A stretch of DNA of 64,000 bases from Eledone cirrhosa (Eukaryota): NCBI GenBank assembly GCA_964016885.1, contig OZ024743.1, positions 151,900,001 through 151,964,000 of the forward strand, read 5' to 3'. Shown here one piece after another: positions 24,875-37,400 of this stretch. Every line of letters starts with the position of its first letter. Position 1 is the first letter of the stretch. Below the pieces are notes generated by a model. The model did no database searches and was not told where the DNA came from. It saw nothing but the letters and a program-made list of their open reading frames with translations. The position numbers and the translations under genes are program-made.

Positions 24875-25411
24875 TGTTCAGAAGAGATTGTTCTGGTAAA
24901 AACTGGAACAAGCAGGAAAAAACTCTCATTAATCGTAGTTTTTAGCTACGATGGAGATTTTTATAAAAATAACAAAATAAGATGCTGAGGTTACATAGAT
25001 CGTTTCATCATAATAATTATTTCCATAGTTTTCCATGCAGTCGAGAAGTCCTTCATACATTAGTTGTTGTTATGAGAACGGTATCCTCAGATATCCGATA
25101 TATTTGATATGGCTGAATAGGATTCTCCTTTTATTAATAACGCGAGCTCCCCTCTCGATTATTTCCATAATCTCGGTGACTCACAAATCGCATGAGTCAT
25201 GTCCTCTGTACGGTTGGGCTGAGGCTACCTTGGACCATGACAAGGTGTATTCCAAGTTATCAGATAACACTTTACTCTAGCAAACATGGCGGCTGGGAGA
25301 CCCTTTCAGGAACTCATATGTCTGTTGGGCACACAAGCAATAGGACGTGTGTTTTATCCTGCTGGTGGCATATCAAATATATCGGATATCATCTGAGGAT
25401 ACCGTTCTCAT
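24875..25411. mobile_element. Fold-back element with about 40-bp inverted arms
   Basis: Arms 25072-25111 and 25369-25411; microsatellite flanks. Confidence 0.55.
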
Positions 25412-25422
25412 GTGTGTGTATG

Positions 25423-25455
<33 letters not shown>

Positions 25456-25510
25456 ACGTGTGCATACTTATATTTATGTATCAGCTGTGCTTGGGTGAGA
25501 AATAGAATTC

Positions 25511-25570
<60 letters not shown>

Positions 25571-25682
25571 GTTAAAGAAGTAACACAAACACAAGGATGC
25601 AAAATCACAAAGTCTTATTAGAATCATACTTAGGAGGAAGTAGAAGAGGGTTCAGCACTTTGGACATCTATGTACATATATA

Positions 25683-28600
25683 TCATCATCACCGTTTTAC
25701 GTCCGTTCTTCCACGCTAGCATGGGTTAGACGGGTTGTCCTGTTGTGGGCAGTGTCTGGTCGGCTGACCATGCCTTGCTCATACAGGAACTGATCTGGCT
25801 TGATTTCTACAGCTGGATGCCCTTCCTAACACCAACCTCATTTACAGTGAGTGCTGGGTGCTTTTTCGTGGCGCCTACACGTCCACTTTACAGTGTGGGC
25901 TGGGTGCTTTTTTGCCGTGGCACCTCCACGACCACCTTGCGGTGGGGGGGGGGGAGGCATATTGTTTATATGCTTCAGCATGTACCCATGGGAGGTCGGG
26001 TACCCTGTATTACTGCGTGACGCCAGAAGTCACGGTCGTGTGTCATTGACTTTGAGAGGTGTAGTTGGGTAAGGTCGGCTTTTATCACCTCATCCCAAGT
26101 CATCTTGGGTCTCCCCACTCCGCGGTTTCCATCAACTTCTAGTGCTCTGCACCTTTTTATGCAGCTGTCATCCTTCATACGCATCACATGTCCATACCAG
26201 CGTAACCGCCTCTCCTGCACGCAGCATTTGATTCCTCTTATGCTCAGTCTCTCTCTCAATTCCTTTATGCTTTGTCGTTCACGTATATTACTGTTACACA
26301 TCCATCGGAGCATGCAGGCTTCGTTTCTCTCTAATCTACGTAAGTCTTCCACCTTCAGCGCCCAGGTCTCACTACCATGCAACATCGCTGTTCGGATACA
26401 CGCATCATACAGTCTGCCTTTCATTCTGAGGGAGAAGCCTTTTGCAGCTAGCAGTGGTAGTAGTTCCCTAAACTTCTTCCATCCCGTTCTTACCCTAGTT
26501 ATTGTACTTTCTGAGCACCCACCTCCGTTGCTAATTCGGTCACCTAGGTAGCAGAAGCTGTCTACTGTTTCTACAGGGCCCTCCCAGAGATTGGTGGTAC
26601 TTGTTTCCTGTGGCTGTTTGCTTGCTGTTTCAGCACAGCTGCTGCATGTGAATCCTACATTCTTAATTAAGCTTCCTGAGATCCCGCTACATCTCTTGTG
26701 TACCCATTGTTTGCATTTGGGGCAGAGAATGGAGTTCCTACCTACACCTTTCCTACATACTGAGCAAGGCCATTTCCCTGAGGGGATCTGGGTTCTGTTT
26801 TCTCGTCTACTTATAAGGACCTTAGTCTTTGTCATGTTGACTTTGAAGCCCTTTCTCTCTAGTCCCTGCTTCCAGGTTTGGAATTTATTCTCTAGTTCTA
26901 CCATAGATTCAGCTATGAGTGCGAGGTCATCAGCATACAGGAGTTCCCATGGGCATCCGGTCTTAAACTCCTCCGTTATTGCCTGCAGGACTATGATGAA
27001 CAGGAGAGGGCTAAGAACAGAGCCCTGGTGGACCCCAACCTGTACGCTAAATTCCTCGCTATACTCATTGCCAATCCTAACTTTGCTGACTGCTCCCCTA
27101 TACATGGCTTGTACCGCTTTCACAAGCCATTCATCTACTCCTAGTTTTCTAAGAGCCCACCAGATTACTGCACGTGGAACTCTGTCAAAGGCTTTCTCAA
27201 GGTCGACAAATGCCAAGTAGAGTGGCTTACTTTTAGCTAGGTACTTTTCCTGTAATTGCCTCACAAGGAAGAGGGCATCAGTGGTGCCTTTCCCTGGTAC
27301 AAACCCAAATTGCATCTCGTCTATATTCACCCGGTCCCTAATCAGCTGTGCTATAACTCTTTCTGTTACTTTCATGACCTGGTCCATCAACTTTATACCT
27401 CTATAGTTTCCTCTATCTAGTGCATCGCCTTTACCTTTGTAGCAGTTGACAATGATGCTGCTGCACCAATCTTTTGGTATGGCCCCCTCTAGTATTACCT
27501 GGTTAACGATACGTGTGGTTATAGTGTGACCTACAGACCCAGATGCCTTCAGCATCTCGGCAGCTATACCCGATGGACCGGTTGCCTTCCCTATCTTCAT
27601 ATCTCTGATTGCCTTACTTACTACGCTGCCGCTGACTTGTACTGCTGGTCCCTCTATAGGGTCTACGTGGGGTAGGGTCTCTTCTTCCCATGCATTCTCC
27701 TCATTTAGTAATCTATCATAATGACTCTTCCATGCATCTTTCTTCTCAGCACTTGTGAGGGCAAGCTCACCTTTATCATTCCGGATACACTTCTCTCCAA
27801 TGACATCACAACTATCTCTGACACACTGCCTCGCAATCTTGAATACCTCCTGTTTCTGGTCCTCACGTTGTAAAACATGCTTGAATTTTCTATCCTCTGC
27901 TTCCCTCCTAGCTAAGTATACTTGTCGCCTAGCTTCCTTCTTGGTCTCTATGTAATGTACCCTGCTCCCCCCGTTCTTCCATTCTTTCCATGCCTGTCTC
28001 TTGGCCTTGACTGCTTCATCTACCTTATTGTTCCACCACCAAGTCACTCTCCTCCTGCTTGAGGTCTTACTCCAGCCACAAACCTCATCCGTCGCCTCTA
28101 GTAAGTTATTTTTTAGGAACTCCCAGTTCTCTTCTACGTTAAATGTCTCTATCTGTTCTTCTTTACTGTCGTAGGTATTGAGTAAAATATCTTTAAATCT
28201 GTTACTGGTTGAGGGGACTTTCAGCTTCCAGATCTTTCTTCTCCAGGTTGGCCTCTGTTTCAGGGCTCGTCTAGTTCTGACCGTGAGGTCGCTGACAACT
28301 AAGCTATGTTGGGATGTACATTCCTCACTAGGGAAGGCTTTTGTGTTTACGACCGTCCATCTGTCACGTCCTCTGATAAGGATAAAATCTAACTGACTAG
28401 AGTGCTCCCCTGATCTATAGGTGATCAGGTGGTTGTCGGGTTTTTTAAAGTTTGTGTTACATATCGACATGTCATTGGCGTCGCAGAATTCTAGAAGTCT
28501 GAATCCTTCCTCATTCCTTGTGCCAACTCCATGGCCTCCATGTACTCTATTGAAGCCGTCGCAGTGTTTACCTACGTGTCCGTTAAAATCTCCTGCAATG

Positions 28601-29155
28601 ATTAGGAAGTCCTTGTCGTCTGTTAGAGCAGTAGTGTGTATTAGGGACTCGTAAAACCTATCCTTAAGTTCGTCTGGCAGCCCCGATTGGGGTGCGTAAG
28701 CTGATATTATTGTGGTAATTGTCTTATTCAGGACTAGTCTGAGTTTAATGATTCTTGCATTTACCCTGTACACTGAGATTACTTTATCTACCCACTTGTC
28801 AGCTAATAGTATACCTACACCACCCATCCCATCGTCATTTCCCACCCAGAAAAATTTGTAGCACTGGCTTTTTCCTACAAGGACTCTGGCAGACTCTCCT
28901 CTCCATCTAGTCTCTTGCACACAGCATACATCAACTTCCTTTCGCTCTAGCATTTCTACGATTTCTCCTGCTCTTCCTTTCATTGAGCCTACATTGATGG
29001 TACCAACTCGGAGTTTTGGGCATTTGTCGACACTCGTAGGGGAGGGTCTCTGGGTTGGCGCTTCACGTGGGTGCTTGGTAGCTCGCAGATTCATATTTCA
29101 TCTATTGATTCAGAGTTGCTCGTGTATTCCCAGCTCATCCATCCATAACGGTGGG
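25683..29155 (-). mobile_element. RTE-clade LINE, subfamily B, complete ORF
   Basis: APE+RT ORF, about 290-bp 3'UTR, (GAT)n tail abutting TA repeat. Confidence 0.92.
25975..29094 (-). CDS. RTE LINE ORF (1039 aa), apparently intact: APE + RT + PHD-like finger
   Basis: GTINVGSM, QETRW, YAP, GDFNGH, SQLDFIL, SQH, VDLEKAFD, QGSVLSP, YADD all present with no stops. Confidence 0.96.
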   Translation of the reverse strand: MNLRATKHPREAPTQRPSPTSVDKCPKLRVGTINVGSMKGRAGEIVEMLERKEVDVCCVQETRWRGESARVLVGKSQCYKFFWVGNDDGMGGVGILLADKWVDKVISVYRVNARIIKLRLVLNKTITTIISAYAPQSGLPDELKDRFYESLIHTTALTDDKDFLIIAGDFNGHVGKHCDGFNRVHGGHGVGTRNEEGFRLLEFCDANDMSICNTNFKKPDNHLITYRSGEHSSQLDFILIRGRDRWTVVNTKAFPSEECTSQHSLVVSDLTVRTRRALKQRPTWRRKIWKLKVPSTSNRFKDILLNTYDSKEEQIETFNVEENWEFLKNNLLEATDEVCGWSKTSSRRRVTWWWNNKVDEAVKAKRQAWKEWKNGGSRVHYIETKKEARRQVYLARREAEDRKFKHVLQREDQKQEVFKIARQCVRDSCDVIGEKCIRNDKGELALTSAEKKDAWKSHYDRLLNEENAWEEETLPHVDPIEGPAVQVSGSVVSKAIRDMKIGKATGPSGIAAEMLKASGSVGHTITTRIVNQVILEGAIPKDWCSSIIVNCYKGKGDALDRGNYRGIKLMDQVMKVTERVIAQLIRDRVNIDEMQFGFVPGKGTTDALFLVRQLQEKYLAKSKPLYLAFVDLEKAFDRVPRAVIWWALRKLGVDEWLVKAVQAMYRGAVSKVRIGNEYSEEFSVQVGVHQGSVLSPLLFIIVLQAITEEFKTGCPWELLYADDLALIAESMVELENKFQTWKQGLERKGFKVNMTKTKVLISRRENRTQIPSGKWPCSVCRKGVGRNSILCPKCKQWVHKRCSGISGSLIKNVGFTCSSCAETASKQPQETSTTNLWEGPVETVDSFCYLGDRISNGGGCSESTITRVRTGWKKFRELLPLLAAKGFSLRMKGRLYDACIRTAMLHGSETWALKVEDLRRLERNEACMLRWMCNSNIRERQSIKELRERLSIRGIKCCVQERRLRWYGHVMRMKDDSCIKRCRALEVDGNRGVGRPKMTWDEVIKADLTQLHLSKSMTHDRDFWRHAVIQGTRPPMGTC

Positions 29156-29592
29156 AAAAATATATGTATTTATAAAAAGGTGCTTGTTTTAAATTTCATT
29201 ATTACATTAAGCAGCTACTCTTTGTCTACTTCTAGGTATAGTTCTCATCCCACTGTTTATACTAGCCCCTCCTTCAGAGCTGGTTGGGTATGTACACGGA
29301 CTGATAGTTTTAGAATTATGTAACTAGTGTCCTTGCTTTTCTGTCTAAGCATTTCAATTCACTTAACTTCCAGTTTATTATTATATTGTTTATTATTATT
29401 GTTATTATTGTTCCACTGATGAAGATTATTGCCTTAAACATTATTCTTATCTCTACTTCATCTCATGGGACCATCTATTTACATCACTGGAATTTCTATT
29501 TTGTTCATATATCTTTTCAAATTTTTATAGTTTCTTTTCTTCGTCTTGTAAAAAGGTATCAATTACTTCAGTTACTATTACCACCAATACAT

Positions 29593-29649
<57 letters not shown>
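29593..29649. repeat. (TAC)n microsatellite
   Basis: Direct reading. Confidence 0.95.
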
Positions 29650-30982
29650 AATTATTATTATAAACATTAGCAATAAATGTGTGTGAAACAAAAAGAAAAA
29701 AATAATAAAAATTTCAATTTAATGTCTGCTACAATAACAGAACAATTTAGTTACTATTCACAAACAACTAATTAGGAAAGATGAATAAGATTAAATTGAA
29801 GTATTTTTTATAGGAAGCAAAATTTCAAAGAAATTCATAGAAGAATTATCTGTTAAATAACAAACCAAATATTTAGAGTACAAAACTATTCAATATATTG
29901 TGAATTTACAGATTCCTTATAAGATTGCTTGATTTTACTCAATTTTATTTTTTATGTTTTATATGTATTTTTTTTCATTTTAGAATGGGAGCAGTGGCTT
30001 CTAAAAAATTGTACATTTCTTACATTTTCCTAATTTTTCACTAATGTCAGTGTTCAGCTAAAGGTCAACTATAATTGAGTATATCTATATCCAAAGGCAT
30101 ATCTGCCATGGCCACACTATTTTTATTGGGAAACTGTGTCTAGGATCACATTATCCAATGCATCCTTTATTCCTTTGATTAATAAGTTGTAATTTTAAGG
30201 GACTTTGGCTGCTATTTCTGGCTGGTCGAGCAAATGCATAGAATCTGTTCTCTCTCATTGTCTTGTACATTAAGTTAGTTGATTAATAATCTCTTTTATT
30301 GGTTCCATTCATAAAGCTTCAGTCATGCTTGACATATTTCAAGTGTGGTACTTAGTTTATAAAAGTCTTTATGTTGAAATACACAGTTACAGGACATAAA
30401 CAGTAAATATAAATACAGACATAGGGACACACATACACACAACATGTGTAGATGCACGCACACAGTTTCCATCTAACAAAATTCTTTCACAAATGCTTGG
30501 TCAAACCGAGGCTATAGTTGAAGACACTTGTCCAACATACCATGTGGTGAGATTGAACCTAAAATCATATGATTGCAAAGAAAACTACTTAACCTCAATT
30601 CATGTGTGCATGTTCAGGTAGATAATACAAATTATAGAAATTTAGAGGCTGAAACAAATGACTAATTGTGTTGTTTAAAACACCTAAACTGCTAGGCAGA
30701 TCTATCATTGTGTTTGAGCAGAGAGTTGTTATTGAACCTGAATTCAGTTCTGCCCTGGCAGTCATTTCCTTCTTTTATTTTATAAATTTTATTTTTGCAA
30801 TCATAATTTACCCTGGACTACATTATTCAATGTATCTCTTATTTAAAATGGCAGGATACACTGTCACAGAGATTTGACTGCTACTTGTAGTGGGTTAAGC
30901 AGCTTGAGCCAAAAGCAGTTTTGTGCCCTGGGAGACCTTGTATAAAATATCAACAATTTCAAAATTATGACTATATATAACA

Positions 30983-31894
30983 CTAGCAGTGGTACCCGGC
31001 GTTGCACGGGATAACATATTTTGGAATGCGGGCCGCCAACAGACCTAATCGTGGAAAAACTGCATGCCTCGACAATATGTAAAGAAAATAAACTGAATAC
31101 TCTGATGGCTGGATAATCTTTAAGATTTTCCTCGATGAAGCAGGAAAAAATGCAGGTTTTCACCTAATGCGGGCCCTAGGGGATCAAGAAAATGAATTTT
31201 TTTTATGTGCATAATATGCCTTGAAATTTCGGGAAAATCGGCTAGATGTAACGCCTCAAAAAAGCCCTAAAAAGCTGAAAAAATGAAGTTATTCACTTAA
31301 TGCTGGCCCTAGGCCATAAAAAGTTGGATTTTCTTTGCTCATGGTGTGAAGAGACTGGCTAATACATAGTTACAATTTCAAGGAAATCAGTCTGACGTAA
31401 CGACTCAAAAAGTCCCCAAAACCTGAAAAAACGCAGTTTTTCAACTAATGCTAGGGATCAAAAAGTTGAATTTTTTTATGTGCATAACACTCCCTGAAAA
31501 AAGTTTGAAAAAAGTTGGTTGGCTACTTCTCGAGTTTTAAGGATTCAAACTCACAGACACACACACACACGGACATCCCCAGGGAAGTGACGTAATGCAA
31601 ACAGTCAAACATACAGACAGTCAGACATACAGACAGATATTATAAGGGCGCGACGTTATATGTATGTATCTATCTAAAAAGAGAAAGACTAAGAATTATA
31701 GAGAGAGATCGCTAAATCGCCTAATGCGGTCCCTAGGGCAATGAAAATTTGAAATTTGTTTTGCTCAGAACACTCCCTGAAACATAAGTATTACATGTGT
31801 AAAGTTTGAAAACAGTCAGTTGAGTGGTTCTCGAGTTTTAGGGATTCAAACTCACACACACACAGACAGACATCCTCAGTTTTATATATATAGA
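30983..31894 (-). mobile_element. Non-autonomous Helitron
   Basis: Reverse strand A|TCTATATATATAAAACTGAGG...cccgtgcaacgccggg hairpin...CTAG|T; no TSD; internal subrepeats; copies at 52931 and 58662. Confidence 0.85.
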
Positions 31895-33624
31895 TTACTT
31901 TGTTACAGTTTGGGAGTGTCCACATTCTAAAATGAAGAATTTTAAATAGTATGCCCATATTTAATTCAATTTTGTATTTAATGCTTAGAAATATTTGTTA
32001 CCAATAAAAGTCTCAATGCATTTACCATTAAGCAATTTCAAGTGATATCAATCAAGTAAAATAAAACTATTTCATATAATCAAAGATTAAAATGAAATAT
32101 AAAATTTGCTGGTCAGTTTAAGCGCAAAGAAGGAAAAGCTATTGCAATCTTTAATAGCATTTCTGCTTCAAAGAAGTAAAACCAATCACTTTCTATATTT
32201 TTGACTATTAAGAAAATATAAAAATTAAAGTAATTTTATATTATTAAATTTAAAAAAAGCTATCCATTGTAATTTCATTTTAGAAAGTGAAGTATTTTTC
32301 ACTTTAATTAATGTAATGACAAACTTTGGTAGTCACTTGATGAAGGTTGCATACATATGGTGTTTTCATTTGATGGGCTAAATCTTTTTAAAACGTTGTT
32401 TATAACATTCTCTAGCATAAACAGAAAATCGTGCATCTGAATTTTAAATACTACTTTTCCTCAATATGTCAATGTCAAATTTTGTTTATAATAGTGTTGA
32501 ATTTAATTGAAAAGTCCTTTGGATATTGGTTTAAATTTATTTTAAAGATCCTTTGTCAGACTATAATAGTTTCTATCATGCATTGATTCCCTCTATAATG
32601 AAAATATTAAGATTGACTTTGCATTTCCCTCTCTCAGCATCAAAATTATAAAGTGCCTGTCAGTAAAATCAACTACTATTCCTTTCCTTGAAAATATGAG
32701 CTGTTATCCATGTGTAAGAAATCAATGATTATGTATCAGAAAAATGATACTTTTGAGCATATACACCAGTTAAGAAAAGTGTACAGCATTCACAGATAAA
32801 TGTAGCTAGCAGGAAAGAAAACCTTGGTTGGTGTGGAAACATTATAAAGAGTATAGAGAAATATAACAATGTTTGGGAATATACATGAGCCAATATAAAC
32901 TAGATTGACTGTTAAGATACTAACTGATGTTAAGATCAGTGCATTTAAATGTTTTCTGTAATAAAAATATCCCCAAATTAGACTATTTCAGGGAGCTCGG
33001 GATTATATATATTGTAAACAAATATTAAATGATTGTAGAAATTAAAATAACATTTCTTTCAATGATATGTAGACATGAGAAACAGTTCTGTGTAATGATT
33101 AAAGTCATAAGTGAAAGAGAGAGCTAAAATAATTCAGTTTGAAAAAAGCATATAGTTTTGTTCAACATATACATGACAAATGAGTCAATATATCAGTCTC
33201 AAAATAGTTTACTACCATTTATTTTCAATTATATTCTACTTCTAAACACTTCATTGATTGGGGCCATTTTTCTGAGTAACAAGCATCTATAAAGCTGCGA
33301 TGGTTAGGTAATAGTAAGTATGAATAATAATGAAAATTATTGTGTACATTACAACTACAAAGGTGAATGTATGTAACACTAAAAATTACGAAAACTTATG
33401 TTTCATTTTACAATCTAAAATATTATAGGTGTAGGCACAGTTATATAGTTAAAAAGCTCACTTCACAAACATGTAGTTCTGGGTTTAATCCTACTACACA
33501 TTCAATAAGAGTCTTCTATCATAGCCTTGAGTGGATCAACACCTCGGTTAACGTGTCTATATGTATTTCACAGAATAGTTTAAAATCCATTGTTTTGTCA
33601 AATGTCACCTTAGTCTATCATTTC

Positions 33625-33850
33625 CTCATCACCATTTTACGTCCATTTTCCACACTAACATAGGTTAGACAAGTTGCCATGTTGTGGGCAATGCCAGGTC
33701 AGGTTACCATGTCTTGCACACACAGAACTGATTTTGGCTTGGATTCTACATCTGGATGCCCTTCCTAACACCAACCTCATTTACAGTGTATGCTGCGTGT
33801 TTTTTGTCGTGAAATCTACACGACTACTTTACAGTGTGGGCTGGGTGCTT
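33625..33850 (-). mobile_element. Diverged RTE subfamily-B 3'UTR fragment
   Basis: Aligns with 25685-25910. Confidence 0.75.
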
Positions 33851-34042
33851 CACTGGATGTATACTTCATACTGTATCTAGATAAATATTGATTGATTAAA
33901 ATAAATACTGGCGGTGGCAGGGAAGAGCAATATATTTGATGTAAAATTCATAAAGAAGGCACACCAGTGTGTCCAAATTCCAAAGATAGAAACCAATAAA
34001 AATATATAACCAAAAGAATTATTAATTAATTTCATTAATAAA

Positions 34043-34143
34043 GTAAAGTTAACTTTACCTTTCATCCTTACGGGGTCGATAAAACAAAGTACCAGTAATT
34101 CACTGGATAATTGCTGGCTTTGTGCCGAAAGTAGAAACAATTA
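34043..34143 (+). mobile_element. 3' half of Meta-like SINE
   Basis: cctttcatccttacggggtcgataaaac...gtagaaacaatt. Confidence 0.7.
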
Positions 34144-34269
34144 ATAAAGTAAAGTATTGATATTTACAGCATTGATTCACATGCACTCACACATTACATT
34201 TTTCAGAATATGTACACTGTATCCTTTCATGCCCTATGAGACAACTAAAAAGATGGACATGAACTGTAA

Positions 34270-34585
34270 AACTGTACCAAAAAAGAGGAATAAGATGTAG
34301 TGTACAGGAGAGAAGACCGTGTTTGTATGGTCATGTGATGCATATGGTTGATTAGCGTTTGGTGAAGAAGTGTTAAGAAATCCTGATGGGAGGGAGTTGT
34401 GGTAGAAATAAATCAAATAAGACCTGGCCCTAGGTTGTCAGATATCAGAGCTAATTTCAAATCACTGAATCTCACAGAGGAGATGATGAAGGGCAAAAAT
34501 GTTTGCAGAGATGCTGTGCTGAAAAGAAACCACCCAACCCATGCAAGCATGGCAAAACAGACGTAGAACAGTGATGATGATGATA
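34270..34585 (+). mobile_element. Decayed RTE 3' end
   Basis: gtacaggagagaagaccgtgtttgtatggtcatgtgatgcatatg and terminal acccatgcaagcatgg...(GAT)n. Confidence 0.65.
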
Positions 34586-34964
34586 CACATATGCATATAC
34601 ATATATGTACACACACACACACAGACACACACACACACACATAGACACATTCATATATATATATACACACATCTATAATATCCTAGAGACAATATGTTCG
34701 TGAAACTCTTATAGTTAATAATCAGTGAGAGAAAAATGCTTATAATATATCTCACTCGTTTATAACTATAAAGGCAATTCTCATCACAGATTTCTCTGCT
34801 GCATTTTATTCTTGCTAATAGATGATAATATCGTTGGTTGTTGGTGCAGACCTATGATCAAAGTATTCTACATGTGATCATCCCATTTTTTATGTTCTTT
34901 GTCTCAGACTACATTATCCAATTGTCTTCCATTTTTTGTTTCTTTTTAAAAAAGTAGGGTGTAG

Positions 34965-34967
<3 letters not shown>

Positions 34968-35041
<74 letters not shown>
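34968..35041. repeat. (GA)n microsatellite
   Basis: Direct reading. Confidence 0.97.
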
Positions 35042-35045
<4 letters not shown>

Positions 35046-36090
35046 TGCTGTTTCTAGTAGGCTGAGCTGATAGTACAAGCATATTGGCTCTTAGTGTCAA
35101 TAATATATTAATTTGTATTTACTAACTTTTGTTTTATCAAAAGGCCTGTTTAACATGGGCAAAAGAAAACCATATTATACAATGGTATTTCTCTGTTTGA
35201 CAATAGCACTTAATCTATTTTTTCCTTTCTCTTCTGATAGAGCAAGGTAATTTCCTATTGTTTGCTCTCATGGATACAAACTCTAACATATTCTACCTTC
35301 ATTCACATAGTTAGCAGTTTGACATTACTAAACTCATTTTTCATATATCTATATTTACTGCTTACTCAGTAAAAGTTTATCTTTACATGCTTGTTTCCTT
35401 ATATTTAATATTTACATTATCATACCATCACCTTATATTTCTAACAACATCAAACTGAAAGTAACTTATTCTAACTCTTTCATATATATATTTCTAAAGA
35501 AGAACACAGCCTATCATTCTAAAGTAAAATTGAAAAGAATTTGGTTAATTTTCTCATTATTAAACTTATGTTTACAGCATGACATGATATTCTTAGGTAA
35601 AATTATGATGAAAGAGTTTTGGATGAATATAAACATTTAAAATTATACAACATTCTTGTATCACAAAACCAGTGAGAGTTTCAAGTGGTTTTGTATCAAA
35701 TGGGTTAAAGTTTTGTTTCTTTAGATTGCCATAGATAACAAAAACGAAACATCATGTTTATTAGTTGATTGCAAAGATCAAATACCTAATATTTTTCATT
35801 CTAAATGTGTTATGGCAGTGACAATAGTCAGCATATAAACTCCAGAAGTGATGGTACAAGTTAAAATGAAATGTATACTATGCTTTGTATAAATTATTTA
35901 TCCAATAAAAAGTTGATGTTCTTGCATTGCTGCAGTCTAATAAATGAAACCAGTAAAAACATATTGCAATTTTTGAGCAACAGTGACATTGCTTATAAGT
36001 TTCCATGGTGAGAGTGACAAAGCAGTGTATAAAACTTAGTGCAGAGGATTTCATTTAAAGATCCTTGGGTTTTCACTGATATACACCAGT

Positions 36091-36131
<41 letters not shown>

Positions 36132-36154
36132 GCATACATACATATATGTATAAT

Positions 36155-36765
36155 TGGACGTAGTCTTCTTCTTTGCCGACTTCTTCCTGAGGGGGCCGCA
36201 GGGGCAGAGACCTCAAACACTCCTTCCAGTGGATCCTGTCAGAAACAACCATTCCCAACAGATCCAGCTTGGTACCCAAGCAAAACAAACTGAGCTCATG
36301 GATGTTATCCAACCATCTTGCTCAGGGTCTACCGCCAGGTCTCTTGCTAGATGGTTTTGCCCATAAAATCTGTCAAGCGATTCTTTCCTGAGACATTCTA
36401 ACCACATGCCCATAGTACCAGAGCTGTGATCTCTCAACTTGGAGAAGTAGGGGCTCTACCTAGAGCAACTCTCTGATCTCCAAGCTATGCACCCTATCAA
36501 GTAATGTTACGCGGAAATCAGGTAGAGCCACTACTTCTCCGAATTGGGAGATCGCGGCTCCAGTACTACGGGCATGTGGTTAGAATGTCTCAAGAAAGAA
36601 TCACTGGACAGATTTTTATGGGCAAAACCAACTAGCAGGAGACCCAGTGGTAGACCCCAAGCAAAATGCTTGGATAACATCCATGTGCTCAGCTGGTCTC
36701 ATTTGGGGATCCAGCCAGTCCAGTTAGAAATGGTTGCTTATGACATGACCCACTGGAAGGAAATG
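36155..36765. mobile_element. Head-to-head inverted pair of RTE-like LINE 3' fragments
   Basis: 36224-36463 is the reverse complement of 36519-36761 (diverged); encodes YYGHVVRMSQER...GRP. Confidence 0.75.
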
Positions 36766-36904
36766 ACCACAGTTAAAAGAGGTGTTCAATACATTAGTAG
36801 ACTATAAGCATATTTATTTTATTATAGAAATAATTTCTACAGGGCTAGAACTGATTCATTTGTAAGAAAACATCAAGAAAGTCCTGTATATATATCTGTA
36901 TGTG

Positions 36905-37400
36905 TATTACGAACAAAAGGCCGGTTATATGATGCCTGTATGAGATGCGTAATGCTGCATGGTAGTGAGACATGGCAACTGTGGAAGATATGCGATGGCT
37001 GGAGAGAAATGAAGCAAGCATACTCTGTTGGATGTGCAGTATCAATGTGTGTGAACGACCAAGTATAGATGAGTTGAGAGAGAAACTGTGTATAAGAGGG
37101 ATAGGCTGTAGTGTGCAGGAAAGAAGACTGTGTTGGTATGGACATGTGATGTGCATGGAGGATGACTGCTGGGTGAAGAAGTGCCAAGAAATCCCAGTAG
37201 AAGGAAGATGCAGTCTAGGAAGACCACAAAAAACATGGGTGGAGGTGGTGAGAGCAGACCTCAGATCGCTGAAGCTCATAGAGGAGATGATAAGGGACTG
37301 TGACGAATGGAGAAATATCGTGCTTAATAAAACCTGTCCCACCCTTGCAAGCAAGGCAAAGCGGATGCAAAATTATGATGATGATGATCATGATGATGAT
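36905..37400 (+). mobile_element. 5'-truncated RTE, subfamily C (very short 3'UTR)
   Basis: LERNEASILCWMC...QERRLCWYGHVM...GRPQKTW; (GAT)n tail. Confidence 0.85.

Noticed and set aside
24995-25095. Minus-strand CTGAGGA...GAAACGATC as a complete hammerhead
   Set aside because: Stem I and the base of stem II do not pair convincingly
26105-28654. Antisense ORFs repeated in RTE copies
   Set aside because: Shadow frames of the RT ORF; their recurrence only reflects near-identical copies
30864-31163. ORF recurring at 53269-53637
   Set aside because: Lies inside non-autonomous Helitron copies; no Rep/helicase motifs
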